The notes under the pieces were generated by a model. It was not told the origin of the DNA, made no database searches, and saw nothing but the letters and a program-made list of their open reading frames with translations. A stretch of DNA of 64,000 nucleotides from Octopus vulgaris. Lineage: Eukaryota. The stretch spans positions 126,604,001-126,668,000 of the forward strand of contig OX597817.1 in the NCBI GenBank assembly GCA_951406725.2. Reading direction: 5' to 3'. Both the position numbers and the translations under genes were made by a program. Below, one piece after another: positions 1 to 14,682 of the stretch (position 1 is its first letter; the number at the start of each line of letters is the position of its first letter).

Positions 1-1514
1 TAGTTATGATTGCAAGAGCATCTAAATGACAAAAGCAGCAATAAATTATAGAATTAATTGCAAAAATAAGTAAACAATTAAGAATCTTCTCCTCATTCAA
101 CTTTCTGACTTCCATAAATGTGCATACACAACCTCTATAATTAATAAAAGTAACGTAACAATCAGTAGAAGAGAACAAACAGCGTATGAAGTGTCGTAGG
201 AACTACGTATATCACTATTAGCATAGCGATGAACACATTATCAAACAACGATATATCTATAGTATAGCATGCATTACTCATTGTCATAAAAATAAAATTA
301 GGAATAATATATGCTACAAACAAATGAAAATGAACACTCTGATCTGAAACAATTCTGGGAAACATGAAAGTCGGAGAAGAATCGTCAGAACAGTAATTTG
401 ATTAACAAAGTGTGGTAGACTCATAGCGACTATTGACTTCAAATACATGAGTGTGTGTGTGTGTATCTGCGTGTGTGTGTGTCTGCGTGTGTGCGTGCGT
501 GTGTATTGAGTAAGGAATATCTTTAGAAGCTGCGATGGCATTTAGGAATGCAAAACAAAACTAAATTCAGAAACCTTAAAAGACTAATTAAAAATTTAGC
601 CTAATATCTTTGACATTCTCGATTTGACGTCATTGTAGGGTTTCTGGTGTAAGTCATACTAAGGGAGTTACCAATGGAATGCACATTAGATTCCATAGCA
701 GGAGAATTGATATTAATTTCCGCTCTCTAACTTCAGAATTCAAATACTTTTCATGACATATTTGGATATCCGCTGTCTATGACATCAGTGCTGCAGGCGA
801 TTTCCTTCTGTCCCTGGCTATTTATCACTTTTTGTCAATCATTTACTCTGGGGAACAAACACAGGGTTAGACTCCACTAATTTGCAAATGCCAAACAACA
901 TCTGACCGATTGCGAGCCAACGAATTGAAAGACAACGAACGCATAAACTGACACACAAACAAATGGATATGCACACAAATGTACATATATGTACATACAT
1001 ACGCACACATATATGTGCATATATATAAATACATATATACATATTGAGGGAGAGATAGTACTGAGTAATTATTTACAGAAATGTGTGCGCGTTTGTGTGC
1101 GTGTGTGTCTGTCTGTCTGTGTGCGTGTGTGCGTGTGAGTGTGTGAGCGTGTAAGAAATATTGCTGAATATTCTGTTAGACAAATCTTGTTATTAGTGTG
1201 CGTTTTTTTCTCATATATTTCATGGTTTACTTGTACATCAAACTGATGTACTAGTAAGCCATATTTATTTCAGTAAGTGAACCCCGGCCAACCTGGGACA
1301 TCGCCTTGAAGAAATGAAAGGAATAAGTCCTCCCAAGTAAATATTTTCAGTTTGATATTTATTCTCTCGGACTTTTTTTCTTTTATATGATTTAAAAAAT
1401 ATCATTTATATTAAAGTAGATGGCTGTCAAACACAAGACATACGATGTCTGAGGAATAAGTATCAGGACGGGTGCTATAAAACCAATGTTACAACAGCAC
1501 CAATTTGGCATTTA

Positions 1515-2190
1515 ATCTTTAAATTAATTCACTTCGGAAGCCACACACTTGATAACGTGCTGCTTCCATTGATGGACGCATTCCTGGAACTCGTTTTCTT
1601 GGATAAGAAGCAGCTTCCCTGTCGCATTCACGTCCTAAATTCTCCTTCCTTTGAAGCGAGATTTGACTTTTGGAAAAAGGAAAAAGTCGCAAGGTGGGAT
1701 ATCTGGGGAATGCTGTTCTTAGCCAAAAACTGATGCGCAAGCTGCGCTAAATGAGCAAGGTGCATTGTCAGTTGAAAGCGGGTTTGGCAGACACGCGTCT
1801 CATACCTAAATCTTCAGTGACAAAGGACTGAACTGAATTGTAACTAATCTGCACATCTGATAATTCACGGATGGTGATTCAACAATTTCCCCTCACAGCT
1901 GCACACACATCTGCAATGTTGCTGACGACGACTTCCACATAATTTCTGTCTGCAAAATAAATTCTAAACTAAGTAGTGCTTGGGGTCTAACAGTAGATAC
2001 TTCCTGAATGTGACTATAGTGCAAATCAACCTTATGATCCGCGCTGCTATTCTTCAGACTACTTAAATTCTTGTACATTTCTTTACAGAGTATCGATCAT
2101 AGATAAGCCTGATATGTTCATGTTTGATCTTTGGAACATGAAACAATTATGACTTCGAACCATCTCTTTTCACGTGCAAATACAGTCTAC
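1515..2190 (-). mobile_element. Internally deleted mariner remnant
   Basis: Minus strand ITIRELSDVQISYNSVQSFVTEDLGMRRVSAK joined to DNAPC...SPDIPPCDFFLFPKVKSRFKGRR...FQECVHQWKQHVIKCVASE. Confidence 0.7.
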
Positions 2191-3038
2191 TACTTGTGTA
2201 TATTTTTCAGTTATATAACTAGTTATATACAATCAATTATACAATAATATAGCAAACTGTCAACGTTTGTTACTTTTGAATAACCATTTACTACTATAAA
2301 TATTTTTATACAATATTGTAGACTTACTTTTGATCACAAAACGTACTAATGAACGTCCACTTACATTTCATACATCAGTTCCATTTAGAGTCATTTATAC
2401 TTATTTATTGGATAATGAATTGGAAATGACTTAATACAGAAATGTAAGGAATGGCAAAGAAACGAACTGATGAAAATAGCATGAAATGATAGAAATAGCA
2501 GCGGCGTCTTTCATACACCATGCCAAATCCCCTTGCAGATGAAGGGAAAATAACGTAAGGACTATATTGATGTAGTATTTCATAAATATCTAAAACAAAT
2601 TAGTTGGACCGTTTAAGTATGGAAAGGATTAGAACTTAGCTCAAAAAAATTCTGAACTTGGGCTAATGAATGACAACAATGCAATCATATAACAAGCACA
2701 TCATGCTAATTTTATATATTTTAACATTTATATTATATAGCTGTTTGTAGCAGAATTGTACAAAGATAATTTCGTTTACAACACCATAGGCTAAATTGAA
2801 TGTCCTGTTATTAAAATATAGCAAACTAAGCTAACAGCCGAGTATTTATAAACGAAAAATAGGCTAGATGATCAATCAACCTCTTCGTAATAATTATATC
2901 ACCTTCAAATTACTCTTGATAAGGAATTCGCAATTTTTTGACGCATTATTTGACAGAGAATTTTATAAGGAGCAACTTTTCAACTAGAAGAAAATAGGAT
3001 GCTATAACCGAATAAGCACTGTACCAAATTATATATAT

Positions 3039-3330
<292 letters not shown>

Positions 3331-3366
3331 TACATAGATATATATATATATGTGTGTGTGTTCGTA

Positions 3367-3457
<91 letters not shown>

Positions 3458-4389
3458 TTAAATAATATCCTCCTGGTTTGCACAGAACATTTTGGCTGCA
3501 CAACAGTTGACCGTCTTTGTTGATTTTTGTAAACGTATCCGATATATTTCTAATATATCCCAAGCTGCTAAAAGTGTTTTTTGTTACCATTGTTGTTCTT
3601 AGTTTTGTTATATTCCTAATGTAACAGTGGCTTTGTGTTCTTTCGTTTATTTGCTTCCGTAATATATTAACGTTTTGTTTGTTTTACTATTCTTTGGAAT
3701 TTTCATTCATTTTCCTTTCAAATAGCAGAGACAGACAAATATTTTGTTTCCTATATTAAATTATCATTTTCTCGGGAAATGCAGGTTATTATTTGTATTT
3801 TATATCTTTGTAATATTGCTAACAATAGCGAAAAAAAATGTTCTTTCATGTTTCGAAAGAACCAGTAAGAATTAGATTACATTTGAACTTTTCTTCATGT
3901 TTGGCTAAGTCATGGAAAATATACCACTGCTGACTACAAAATTTCTAGTCAACACCACAGCACTATCACGGTGGTACTTTTGTATTTGCTCCTGAACAAT
4001 AAAGCCAACATTTCTGGTTGGATTCAGTTTGACAGTGTTATCGGTCAGTAAACAAGACATTTTTATGAAAGTGTATCATGGGTTTTTATTTGTAAGATAA
4101 ATTTCATGTATGTGAATAACTATTAGTAATTTATAGGTGCGGAGAGCGACGATAATTTGGTAAATTCACAATTTCACTTTGAAAATGGATTCGTATATTT
4201 TATGTATTATAACTCGTAATTTGTTTAGGAAAAATAAACGAAATTCACAATATTAGAAACGAGTAAATATCTTTTGCTCAGTGTTATGTAAACAAGACTG
4301 TATGTTCCCTTCATGATATTTGTGTCTTATATAACAATGATAGGCGGACACATTCATATAATTATGCTAGCACGCAAGCACGAATATAT

Positions 4390-4533
4390 TCGTCAAGTAT
4401 GCTTCCCAAACAAATGGTTTGGGTTTCAGTCCCATAGCATGGCATATTGGATGAGTAGGCTTCTGCTATGGCCTAGGATGGAACAAAGCCTTGCGAGCGG
4501 AGTTGTTTGACGGAAGCTGAAAGAAGCCTGTCA
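4390..4533 (+). mobile_element. SINE head fragment (related antisense fragment at ~20980-21070)
   Basis: GCTTCCCAAACAAATGGTTTGGGTTTCAGTCCCA...AAAGCCTTGCGAGCGGA...GGAAGCTGAAAGAAGCC running into a TA/TG microsatellite. Confidence 0.55.
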
Positions 4534-4565
4534 TGTATGTGTGTATATGTGTATATATATATGTG

Positions 4566-4613
<48 letters not shown>

Positions 4614-4734
4614 AATATATATACATATATATATATGTGTGTGTGTAAATATACATACATATATATACATATATTTATATTTATATATATATATATGTGA
4701 GGGTGTGCGCGTGTATATAAATATACATCAATTC

Positions 4735-5070
4735 TTCGATGTGGTTCAGTAGATAGTCTGTAGGGCTCGCACTCATGATTTAGTGAGTACGGTTCCTCGA
4801 CGACGCTGTGTGTTGTGTTCTTGAGCAAATCACTTTATTTCGCGTTGCTCAAGTTCATTCTACTGTAGAAATGAGGTGCGACATCAGTAGCGCCAAGGTG
4901 TATCGGCGTTTGTCTTTCCTTTGGATATCATTGGGTGCGTGGTGAGGGGAGGCTGTTAATCATGGGCGCTCGCTGGTCTTTCATTAACAACGTCTCCTGA
5001 ACTTGCGCCTCGGCGGGGAACTGCCTAGGTGCAATCCCATGGTCATTCGTGAACGGAAGGGATCTTTACT
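4735..5070 (+). mobile_element. Diverged tRNA-derived SINE
   Basis: GTGGTTCAGTAG head, degenerate B box GAGTACGGTTCC, then TGTTGTGTTCTTGAGCAAATCACTTTA core typical of SINE central domains. Confidence 0.6.
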
Positions 5071-5984
5071 ATTTATATGAATAAATAGTTATTTGGTTGT
5101 CTTTTCTGTAATTTTTAGTGTTTAATTACCCAGTGAGATCCTCGGTGGTCATCTATGTTGCTGAACACAATAATTCTTAACTTATTATAAAATATGGTTA
5201 ATTCCTATAGAAGGGTTTATTATTCTAAATAAATAAATAGGTAAATACGTATTGCGACATGAAGTATATAAGTTTCTATTGAGCAATACGTAGGATTATT
5301 ATCTGTTGTTTTTATTCTTTAGTTATTTTGTTATCTCATAAGCATAACGTAGAATTCTTGTCTCCAGTATTTTTTTTTCTTTTCTTCGCTAGGCTTTTTT
5401 ATGTAGATATCAAAATGTCAAAAAGTATTGAATTAAAATGGTATATTTTATATGGTATATTTTGTATAAACTAAATTAATTGTCCAATGACGTCGCTTTC
5501 GGTTTAATGAATGAATATCTAAAGTTGAATTCTGTTTGGCGTTTCTTTTTAGCAGCTAAATTTTTTTCAGATGTTCAGTTAGAACTTCACCAATTTGGAA
5601 TGCCTTGATAATGTGTTGACAAAAACTTTCGTACATATTATTATCAATTTCAATAATATTATGTATATATACATGTGTGCATGTGTTTGTGTGTGTGTGT
5701 TAATGCAATTAAAACTATTGCTCGATTTTTAATGCGTGATCTAAAATAAAGGTATGATTTTCTTCGTACATATTATTGATTGTTGATAATAATCTGAATT
5801 TCTTAAGATTCTGCATAAGAACTGTTAGATTTACCTGTCAAATATGATGATTTACCTGAGATTTTTATTCTACATACATCTACTGGAATCTACTTGTTGT
5901 ATATTTAAACTTATTCATTTATACAGAGTGCTTACTTGATATCTGACAGGATTTTTAATCACATTTATCTTGATATATCATTCA

Positions 5985-7915
5985 CACACTGTCGTGTGTG
6001 AATAATATTCTTCAGGCCAACATTTACTCACTCGGGACCATATCTAGGTCTTGTCACTAACTCAGTTTTTAACCAAATCAGAAGACGTTTACATTTTTAC
6101 ATTTGACGCATCCTACGCTATATTTTCAGCTACAATATTTGGAAGTTGCTTCGAAACAATAAAATGTTTCAGTAAAAAAACGTGAGGGCAAATTTGGGAG
6201 AGTAACATCGGAAATCAATTTTGTGTCCCCATTTTTTTTTAAGAAATCGATATTTTTTTTAGCTTATATAATAGATCCCGCTGAGAGAAATCTATCCATG
6301 TTACTTATATGCAAAATATTCTGTAGATAAACGTACTGAGATAAAATCCGGAGATTAAGGCCTGAAATCGACATTAACTCCAAATATTATTCTTATTTTA
6401 AAAGAAAACTATACTTAAATTGAACTTTTCTAATAGATCTCCACTGGAGGAATCTGATGATGTGACTTATATCAAAAAACAAATTGAAAATAGAAAACTC
6501 TACTGGGGCCAAATATGCCGTAAAAATTGGTAACGCCTAAAATCAAATTCTAAACATTTTTTTCTTTACCTCATATGATAGAACTCATAAATCCGAATGT
6601 CATGCTGCTAGCATTTTCAAAAAGTATCTTTCACAGACGGTTGTGTGTGAATACTATTTTTAAGGTCGACATTTACTCACTTATGACCACTTCTATGCTT
6701 TGTCACTAACTCATTTTTAACCATATTAGATGATGTCTGCATTTATATATTAGTCACACCGTAAGCTACATTTGGAGTTAACAGATTCGAAAATTGGTTC
6801 AGTAGAAAAATGTTTGAGTCAAATATATGAAGTCACAAACGGGAGAATAACGCTTGAAATCGACTGAGTTCAAATATATTCTTTTGAAAGAAATCTTTAT
6901 CTTATTTTAGTTTATATGATAGATCCCGACAACAGGAATCTTTCCAGATTACTCATATGCAAAAATATTCCGTAGAAAAAGTACTGAGGTAAAAATCGGC
7001 GCAAAGAACGGGGATTAACACTAAAATCGACTTTCACTCCAAAACGTATTCTTCTTTCAAAAGAAAACCACTTTAAAATATAACTTTTCTGATAGAGGTC
7101 GACTACAGGGATCCCATGATGCTAATTATGTCGCCTAAAAGCAAATTCTAAACCTAAACATTTTGTTTTTGTGTAAACATTCATTTTGTTTTTTTTTAGC
7201 TCATATGATAGAACTCATCAACGTAAGTGTCGTGGTGTTAATATTTTCAACAGGAATATTCAAAATGTAAACAGTTATCATATAAGCTACATGTACCAAA
7301 AGTACGTAAAACAATTTTCAATCAATATTATTACTTATTACAGTATTAAGACGACGAGCTGGCAGAGTCGCTAACACGCTGGGTGAAGCTTCCCGGGATT
7401 TGGTCTGTCTACTTTCTGAGTACAATTTTATCCAAGTTCGTCTTGGCCTTTATCTTTTTGGTACTCGATAAAATGAGTATCAGCTGAGCACTGAGGTCGA
7501 TCTAATCAACTTCCCTCTCACCCCTCCAGGTTTCGTGGCTGGCCTTCTGTCAAAATTGGAAAACAATAATGCAAAATGTTTGATTCAAATCCGTTTTCAG
7601 GTATCCTGCAAAGATCTACTTCATATTCATAGAATTCCCTATATTTAATAAATATCATTCACACATGGCAGTGTGTGAATAGTAATCTTGAGGTAAACAT
7701 TTCCTCACTCGCAACCACTTCTAGTCTCTGTCACTAATTCCGTTTTTTTATCAAATTTGAGTACGTTTATACGTTTTTTTTTATTTGTCACCTCCTAAGC
7801 TACATCTTGAGCTACGAAATTTGAAATTTGAAATATGGTTCAGTAGAAAAAAAGTTGATTTTTGAAAATATGTGAGGTCAAAAGGGTGAGAATAAGGCCT
7901 GAAATCGAATTCAGT
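5985..7915. repeat. Diverged ~650-bp tandem repeat (two full units plus a partial third)
   Basis: GTGTGTGAATA...ACATTT.CTCACT...TGTCACTAA.TC at 5994, 6643 and 7671. Internal subrepeats of the form ATAGA(T/A)C...GAAT. A SINE lies between units 2 and 3. Confidence 0.75.
7347..7565 (+). mobile_element. Older diverged copy of the same SINE family
   Basis: AAGACGACGAGCTGGCAGAGTCGCTAACACGC...TTCTGAGTACAATTT...GCCTTTATCTTTTTGGTACTCGATAAAATGAGTATCAG...GGTCGATCTAATC. Confidence 0.7.
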
Positions 7916-7959
7916 GATATACAGGCGATGCTGCATACATACTTTCGTAAATAAACACA

Positions 7960-8006
<47 letters not shown>

Positions 8007-9277
8007 GCGATGCACACACACACACACACACACTCACAAACAATGCACACACACACACACAAGCAATGCATACACAGACATGTACACACATGTACGTAAC
8101 TTTTAAACCGCCAATGAAAAGAAACAAAGGTGAGTGGTGTGACCCATACTTAGCTTTAAGGAGAGAGGGCGTAAGTTGACAACAATTGAAGGCAAGTTGA
8201 CTCTGTTCTGTTGTCCATTGTAAATAAGCACTCACACGCACACAATTACATAGATATACATACATACTTATTGCAGAAAATTGTTACTGAGTTTTAAAGT
8301 TTAATCATTTTCACCTAATCAGAAAATAGGATTTAGAAGCTGGCATTTTCTGCATGATAATTGTCTATCACAAAATGAAAGAAAAATCATTATGCGTGGA
8401 GGAATTTTTATTGAAACAAACAAAAGGAAAGCATTTTCAAAACAGAAATTTTCTAAAACTCATGTGTTTTGAACTATACAATTAAAATATATATTTGGTT
8501 CAGCTTTATCAAATACAAATAATAAAATATGAAGTTTTAAATAATAGTACACAAGGTTTCTTTTTCACTTGAATTATAATCCCATTACAAAACGACAAGA
8601 ACATTGATTGCAGTTGAATGGTCATTATATGGTTTCAAATCAACCAGAGCTGAGTCAATTCTTCCATATTGAAAAAAAATTAATATAACAAATAAATAAT
8701 AAGGAAACTTTATTAGTTAGCTTTAATACACTAGAATTAGTCTAATTCGTCTCTGGCTATTTTGTGACTTTCAATTTTCTCCTAGGGATGAGTAATTAGG
8801 CTAATTCTACAGTATATTTTGAAAATTAATTTTATCCTATTTCATTCTTAATATACTGCTTTCTTCAAAAATATGCTAATGAGCTTAAATACAGACTTAA
8901 ATAATTTACTTAAATAAATTACTGGGGTTAAGCATGACAAGATTTCTGAATATAAATCATTAGGCTTAAAATCGGATGGGCTCATGTTTGGAAAAGCCCA
9001 GTAATGTTTTTAAAATTTTTGTTTTCATAAATTATAGTAAATTTTTTAAATGTTATTCTCCACTGCAGTATTACAAGTATAGTAGAATTTTAATTTTAAG
9101 TACTTTTAAGTTTCATTTAGACATAACTAATTAGGCATATTCTGCTGTAGAAAATTTGTTGTCTACTTTTCCAGGTATAGCAACTTAAGAATATCAACAT
9201 GTATGTGCCCGCGTTTTGGATTGTAATCTCTCTTTCTCACTCTATCTCTCTATGTATCTATCTATATATATCTCTCC

Positions 9278-9347
<70 letters not shown>

Positions 9348-10354
9348 GTGCGTGTATGAGTATATGTGCAAATCTGTTTGACCATATCTGCATATATGAA
9401 GGCATAAATATATCGACGTCTATAGAGCCATGTAGAGCACTGAGTTTATTACTAATATATTTATGCAGGAATTTTGTCCTACTAGAATTTCCCATCTTAT
9501 AAATATATGAATGAGGCCCTTACAAGACTAACAGTGGCTAGTGCCCGGTCAATGATTTAGATATACTTTACATCTCCTCTGGGGCAACATTCCTTTATTA
9601 TTATTATATCATTGTGTAATTAGGAAGGTATGAATGCAGTGGAAAGGAATGCATCTTCGTTTCTCGAAATGAATATCAAGTAGCTTATAGACATAAGAAT
9701 TCCACATCCAAGCAGTATCAATAAGAAGGAACATATGCACACACATACAAACACTGACATAAATATGTTTATCCGTAACTACGTATATAACACTTCAACG
9801 CTATTCCCCAGTTCTTGCTTCAAGTCAGTTCATTGAATGAACGAGTAAAGCATAGAGGATTATTTGTTACTGTGTGACTTTGTATGTGTGTATCTGTGTG
9901 TCTGTCTCTCTGTCTTCATATTTGACGTCCACTTCAACGCCTGAAAACTGCTGTTGGTTTCTTCACATCCAAGTAAATTAGCGGTTCGACAGAAGGAAAG
10001 CAATAATGTTGCAGCCTTACAGAATAAGTACTGTGGTATATTTGATCGACTAAATGCACGTTTGCAGACGGTGTCCCTGCATGTCCATAATCTAATGACT
10101 GAAACAATTAAATTACTAAAATTATTTACGTAGCCATCTTCAGTAAGGCTAACTCGTTCAGTTGATTCTCGTCTACCTCACTTATCAGAGTATATATATA
10201 TATCGAATAGAAATATATATGGATGACTTAGTGATCGCTAATGTGTATCAGAGAATGTTATGTGCCTCGTAAAAGCATTGCAGCATTTTAGCTACAATTT
10301 CTAAAAATATAAATCTTACACACTTAATATGTATATATATATATGTATATACAA

Positions 10355-10438
<84 letters not shown>

Positions 10439-10477
10439 GAATATATATATATATGCGCTTCGCATTGCTTTAGCCTT

Positions 10478-10704
10478 TACATGACGCCACCCCGCTGGCT
10501 AAGCGAGCAGGCCAACAGAAGAAAGAGTGAGAGAAAGTTGTGGCGAAAGAGTGCAGCAGGGATCGCCACCATCCCCTGCCGGAGCCTCGTAGAGCTTTAG
10601 GTGTTTTCGCTCAATAAGCACTCACAACGCCCGCTCTGGGAATCGAAACTGTGATCCTACAACCGCGAGTCCGCTGCCGCAACCACTGGGCTATTGCTCC
10701 TCCA
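10478..10704 (-). mobile_element. tRNA-derived SINE
   Basis: Minus strand TGGAGGAGCAATAGCCCAGTGGTT (A box) ...AGTTTCGATTCCC (B box), between microsatellites. Confidence 0.75.
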
Positions 10705-10823
10705 CACACACACACACATGTATATATATATATATATATATAGATAGATAGATATAGATATAGATATAGATATATATACATACATATATATATGCATATA
10801 TATACATACATATATATATATGC

Positions 10824-10888
<65 letters not shown>

Positions 10889-11134
10889 TATATACACAGA
10901 GATAGCTAAAAGTCACCTGACAGTAAATCAAAGCTTTTCCAAGACTTATTTATGTTTAACAACTGAATGTATCTATTAAAAGCAACTAGATATGGAACAT
11001 CATGAAAATTGTTCAAACTGAAAACGGTGATATTAACTTCAATTATTAAATTCATATCTTGAATGAATAAGTAAAGCTGAATATTAAATATGATATATTA
11101 AGCACACGCGCACACACACGCACACACACACACG

Positions 11135-11220
<86 letters not shown>

Positions 11221-11225
<5 letters not shown>

Positions 11226-12383
11226 CATTAGTTATGAAATTTGTAGAAATAAAATGTATGCTAATGTTTTATGAATACAAGGAATAGTTTTATTCAAAGT
11301 ATGCACACATATTGTCAATACACTGTTGGCATTTCAGCGGTAGCTAGTCGCACCCGGAACTGTGAAAGCCTGGAAATCTGGCGACAATTATATCTTGGAA
11401 GGCCTGTTTTACAACATCGTCGGAATTCATTTTTTTTCCTATCAAAATGTTATCCAACAAAGTGATAGTCAGTGGGGGTGGGATCAGGTGAGTATGGTGG
11501 ATGATGGAGGACTTCCAACTACAAATCCTGTAGCTTCCCCAATGTCATGTTTGCGGTGTGGTCTGACGTTGTCTTGCAACAAATTACAAGTAGATCTATT
11601 GAATAATCAAGGTTGCTTTTTGTAATTTTCTGCCTGGTATAATGAAATCATAATGGATCATGCTTGCACCAGACCACCAAACACACACCATCATATTCTT
11701 TTGATAAATTTTGATTTTGGAATGTGTTTTGGTTGTTCGTCTTTGACTAATAATTGTGCTGGTCATCACATGTTAAAATTCGATTTATATTCAAACATGA
11801 TTCATTTTTGTGTCAAGAAAGTAGCATTATGGAGGCTTCCAACCGTTGCTGTATCTGATTTTCATTGTGTTCATGTAGAACCCACTCATCCAACTTTTTC
11901 ACTTTACCGATTTGAACAAGGTGAGTCAATATTGTTTGCTTGCTAACTCCAATCAACAACGATTATTCGAAGGTGGCTTTCAGTTCGTCATTATCCACCT
12001 TTGTTTCTGGTCAACCGCATTCCTCATTCGTGAGCTCAAAGTTACGAGAACGAAATTTTGCAAACGAAATTTTTCTATGTAATAAGATTAGAACGAAAAA
12101 CTCCATTAATATGCCAAGCTGTCTGTGATGTTCTATTTCCAAGAAAGAATTCATATTTCAAAACTGTACGAACTTCCGACTTATCCATCTCTAAACAAAA
12201 ATAGGAAAAAATGATTTATAAATACTTTATAAAACTCGCTCAAAATGAGTTAGAATAAGGAAATAAATGGGCCAGCTTTCTAACAATAAGTAAAGATTGT
12301 CAAAATAAAATAATGGCTGAAAATGAGCAGCTGCCAAATTTTACCATATAACTTACTACAAATTTCATACTTGATGCCCTAAT
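11221..12383 (-). mobile_element. Degenerate mariner transposon with TIR remnants
   Basis: Minus strand LHHPPYSPDPTPTDYHF. Ends TATGAAATTTGTAG (11233) and CTACAAATTTCATA (12356) are inverted. Confidence 0.75.
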
Positions 12384-13829
12384 ATATTTCTACATGCATA
12401 TGTAAACATGTACGCATGGGTGCGTGTGTTTGCCTGATTGTGTGTGCATTGATGTGTTTAATCGATGTAGTAGCCCCCCCCCAATGTTTCAGATCATATG
12501 CCTGTGGTAGAAAGGAATATCACTTTTTTTATTTACAATGTATATCCTTGAATGCTATCATAGAAATGCCATCTTACCTTGTAATTAAGAATTCCTAAAA
12601 AAAACGTTTCTTCGAAATCCCACGGTAATCTGTTTGCATTTTATTATTACTATGCAAATTAGCTGATCAAAATGAATTACTCAACCCGGGTTAACAAACA
12701 AAAGTGTATTGATTTCTTCATTCCAAATATTGTATACTGGATCATGTATAATTAGCAGGTTCCTGTTTTGTTTAAGCCAGAGAAGGCGAGGCGATTCATT
12801 TCACTTTTCCAGTGGAGGAAGTGAGGCTGCTATAGAAGATGCTTGCAAACGGAGGGACCCTGCTAAAGTTAAAAAGTGACCTGTTGGTTTTGTGTATCCA
12901 TGACTAGCATTTTGGCAATTGCCCATTATATATCGCCAAATTAATATAAGGAATTATCATCTACTTCTACTCATGACCATCCATTATTATCAAAAGTTTC
13001 AGTCGTACCACCATTACCCTTAGGAAATACATTGGACAGTATTGTTCGAAAGAAGACTAAACCAAATAGTAATAATAATTTCTATTCAGCACATATAGTA
13101 AGTATGCATTAAGTATTAATTGAGTAATAGTAGGATTAGAACATTTCATGGACGTATGACATAATAAATATATCTTGAAGTTATCCATTGAAACTAATAT
13201 TATGAATACGTTATGTTGAGGATAATATATTGTTTTATTGATAAGTGTGTGTAACACTTCTTTAATAAACTATCGATACTATATATTCTACATCTATATA
13301 TATATGTGTGTGTGTGTGCGTGTGCGTGTGTGTGTTTACAGTTGTAAGTGCCTGGTAGTGACCTAGATTTTAGTATTAGCTATGGTATAACTGATTTGAT
13401 ATATAGTGAGAGACCTGAAAATGAATTCAGTGTAATTTAGATGAGAATTGTTTTAAAGTAGAGAAATTGACAAATCTATTATGATACATAATTTAAACGA
13501 AATATTTATTAAAAATTATTATTGAAAAACAATTCTTAATTAAAACATACGAAAAGAATGAATATTCTATGTGAAAGCAAAATAATGCCTTAGATTGCTA
13601 GAAACCATTACTGAAATGAGAAGGGAAACAGTTTCATATGCAGTGATGTTCATCTATTATAATAGATATAACTCCGTTATCAGAAATGTGTTTGTTTTAT
13701 AGATTGCTAACGCATTAAATAAAAGATGTTAAATCGGAGCATAATTGTTCAGAGTGTGTGAATATACGGGTGTTTATGAAATTTAGACGGTCACAATAAT
13801 AGCTGAGGAATATTGGTAGTTTTTAAATT

Positions 13830-14680
13830 TTGGAACAATTAAAAGAAAAGTTTTTTAAAAGAATATTTTCACAGTATTCAAACACAAGGGGTATTTTGCT
13901 TCTTTCTGCCTGTCTCTGTATGTCTTGTTTACTCTTGTGGGTTCGAGGTCGTTGTGAATTATTGGCAAGGAAAAGAAAAAGGAGAAAAAGAAGAAGAAGA
14001 AGAAGAAGAAGAAGAAGAAAAAGAAGAAGAAGAAGAAGAAGAAGAGGAGGAAAAAGAAAAAGGAGAAGAAGAAAAAGAACAAGAACAAGAACAAGAAGAA
14101 GGTGGGAGTGCCATGATAGCGATAGGATGTTAAATGGTCAAGTGCCCTGAAAGTGACTTGTTGTGTGTGGTAGTAGTGGTTGAATACTTGAGAATCGCTT
14201 TTGAATGTATTGTTTATAAAATTTGCGTAGGTGTTATTCTAAACAGCAATAGTGGTGAAGTTAGGAAAAAGGTAGCGGAGAGGAAGAAGACAAAGAAGAA
14301 GGAGAAAGAGAAGGGAGAATGAGAAGGGAATGCAGCTGGTATGATAGTAGTAGGATGTTAAATGGTCAAGTGACCTAAAAGTGTCTAAAAGTGACTGTTT
14401 TTAATTGATTCTTGGGAATCTCTTGAGTGTATCATTTTTAATATTTGCGTGTGTTTGTGTTATTCTAAGACCGTGGTGGATATATCGTTTGTTGTTGATG
14501 CGTTCAAAAGCGGTCTGTATTTTGTAATAAAGATAGTATATTTGCTAATTTATTGGCTACAGGTTGTATCGTCCCTGAAATAGTAGAGCGGAAAAATTCG
14601 GAAGCTTGGATTTTTGTCATTGGCGCAAGTGGCGATGTGTTAGCTGAATGCTATTCTTGTGTTTTGGGTAAATTTGATCT
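13830..14680 (-). mobile_element. Inverted 3' copy (endonuclease C-terminus + terminal repeat) of the same Neptune-like PLE
   Basis: Reverse complement of ~15340-16040; for example TAAGACCGTGGTGGATATATCGTTTGTTG vs CAACAAACGACACATCCACCACGGCCTTAG. Contains (GAA)n. Confidence 0.85.
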
Positions 14681-14682
14681 AC

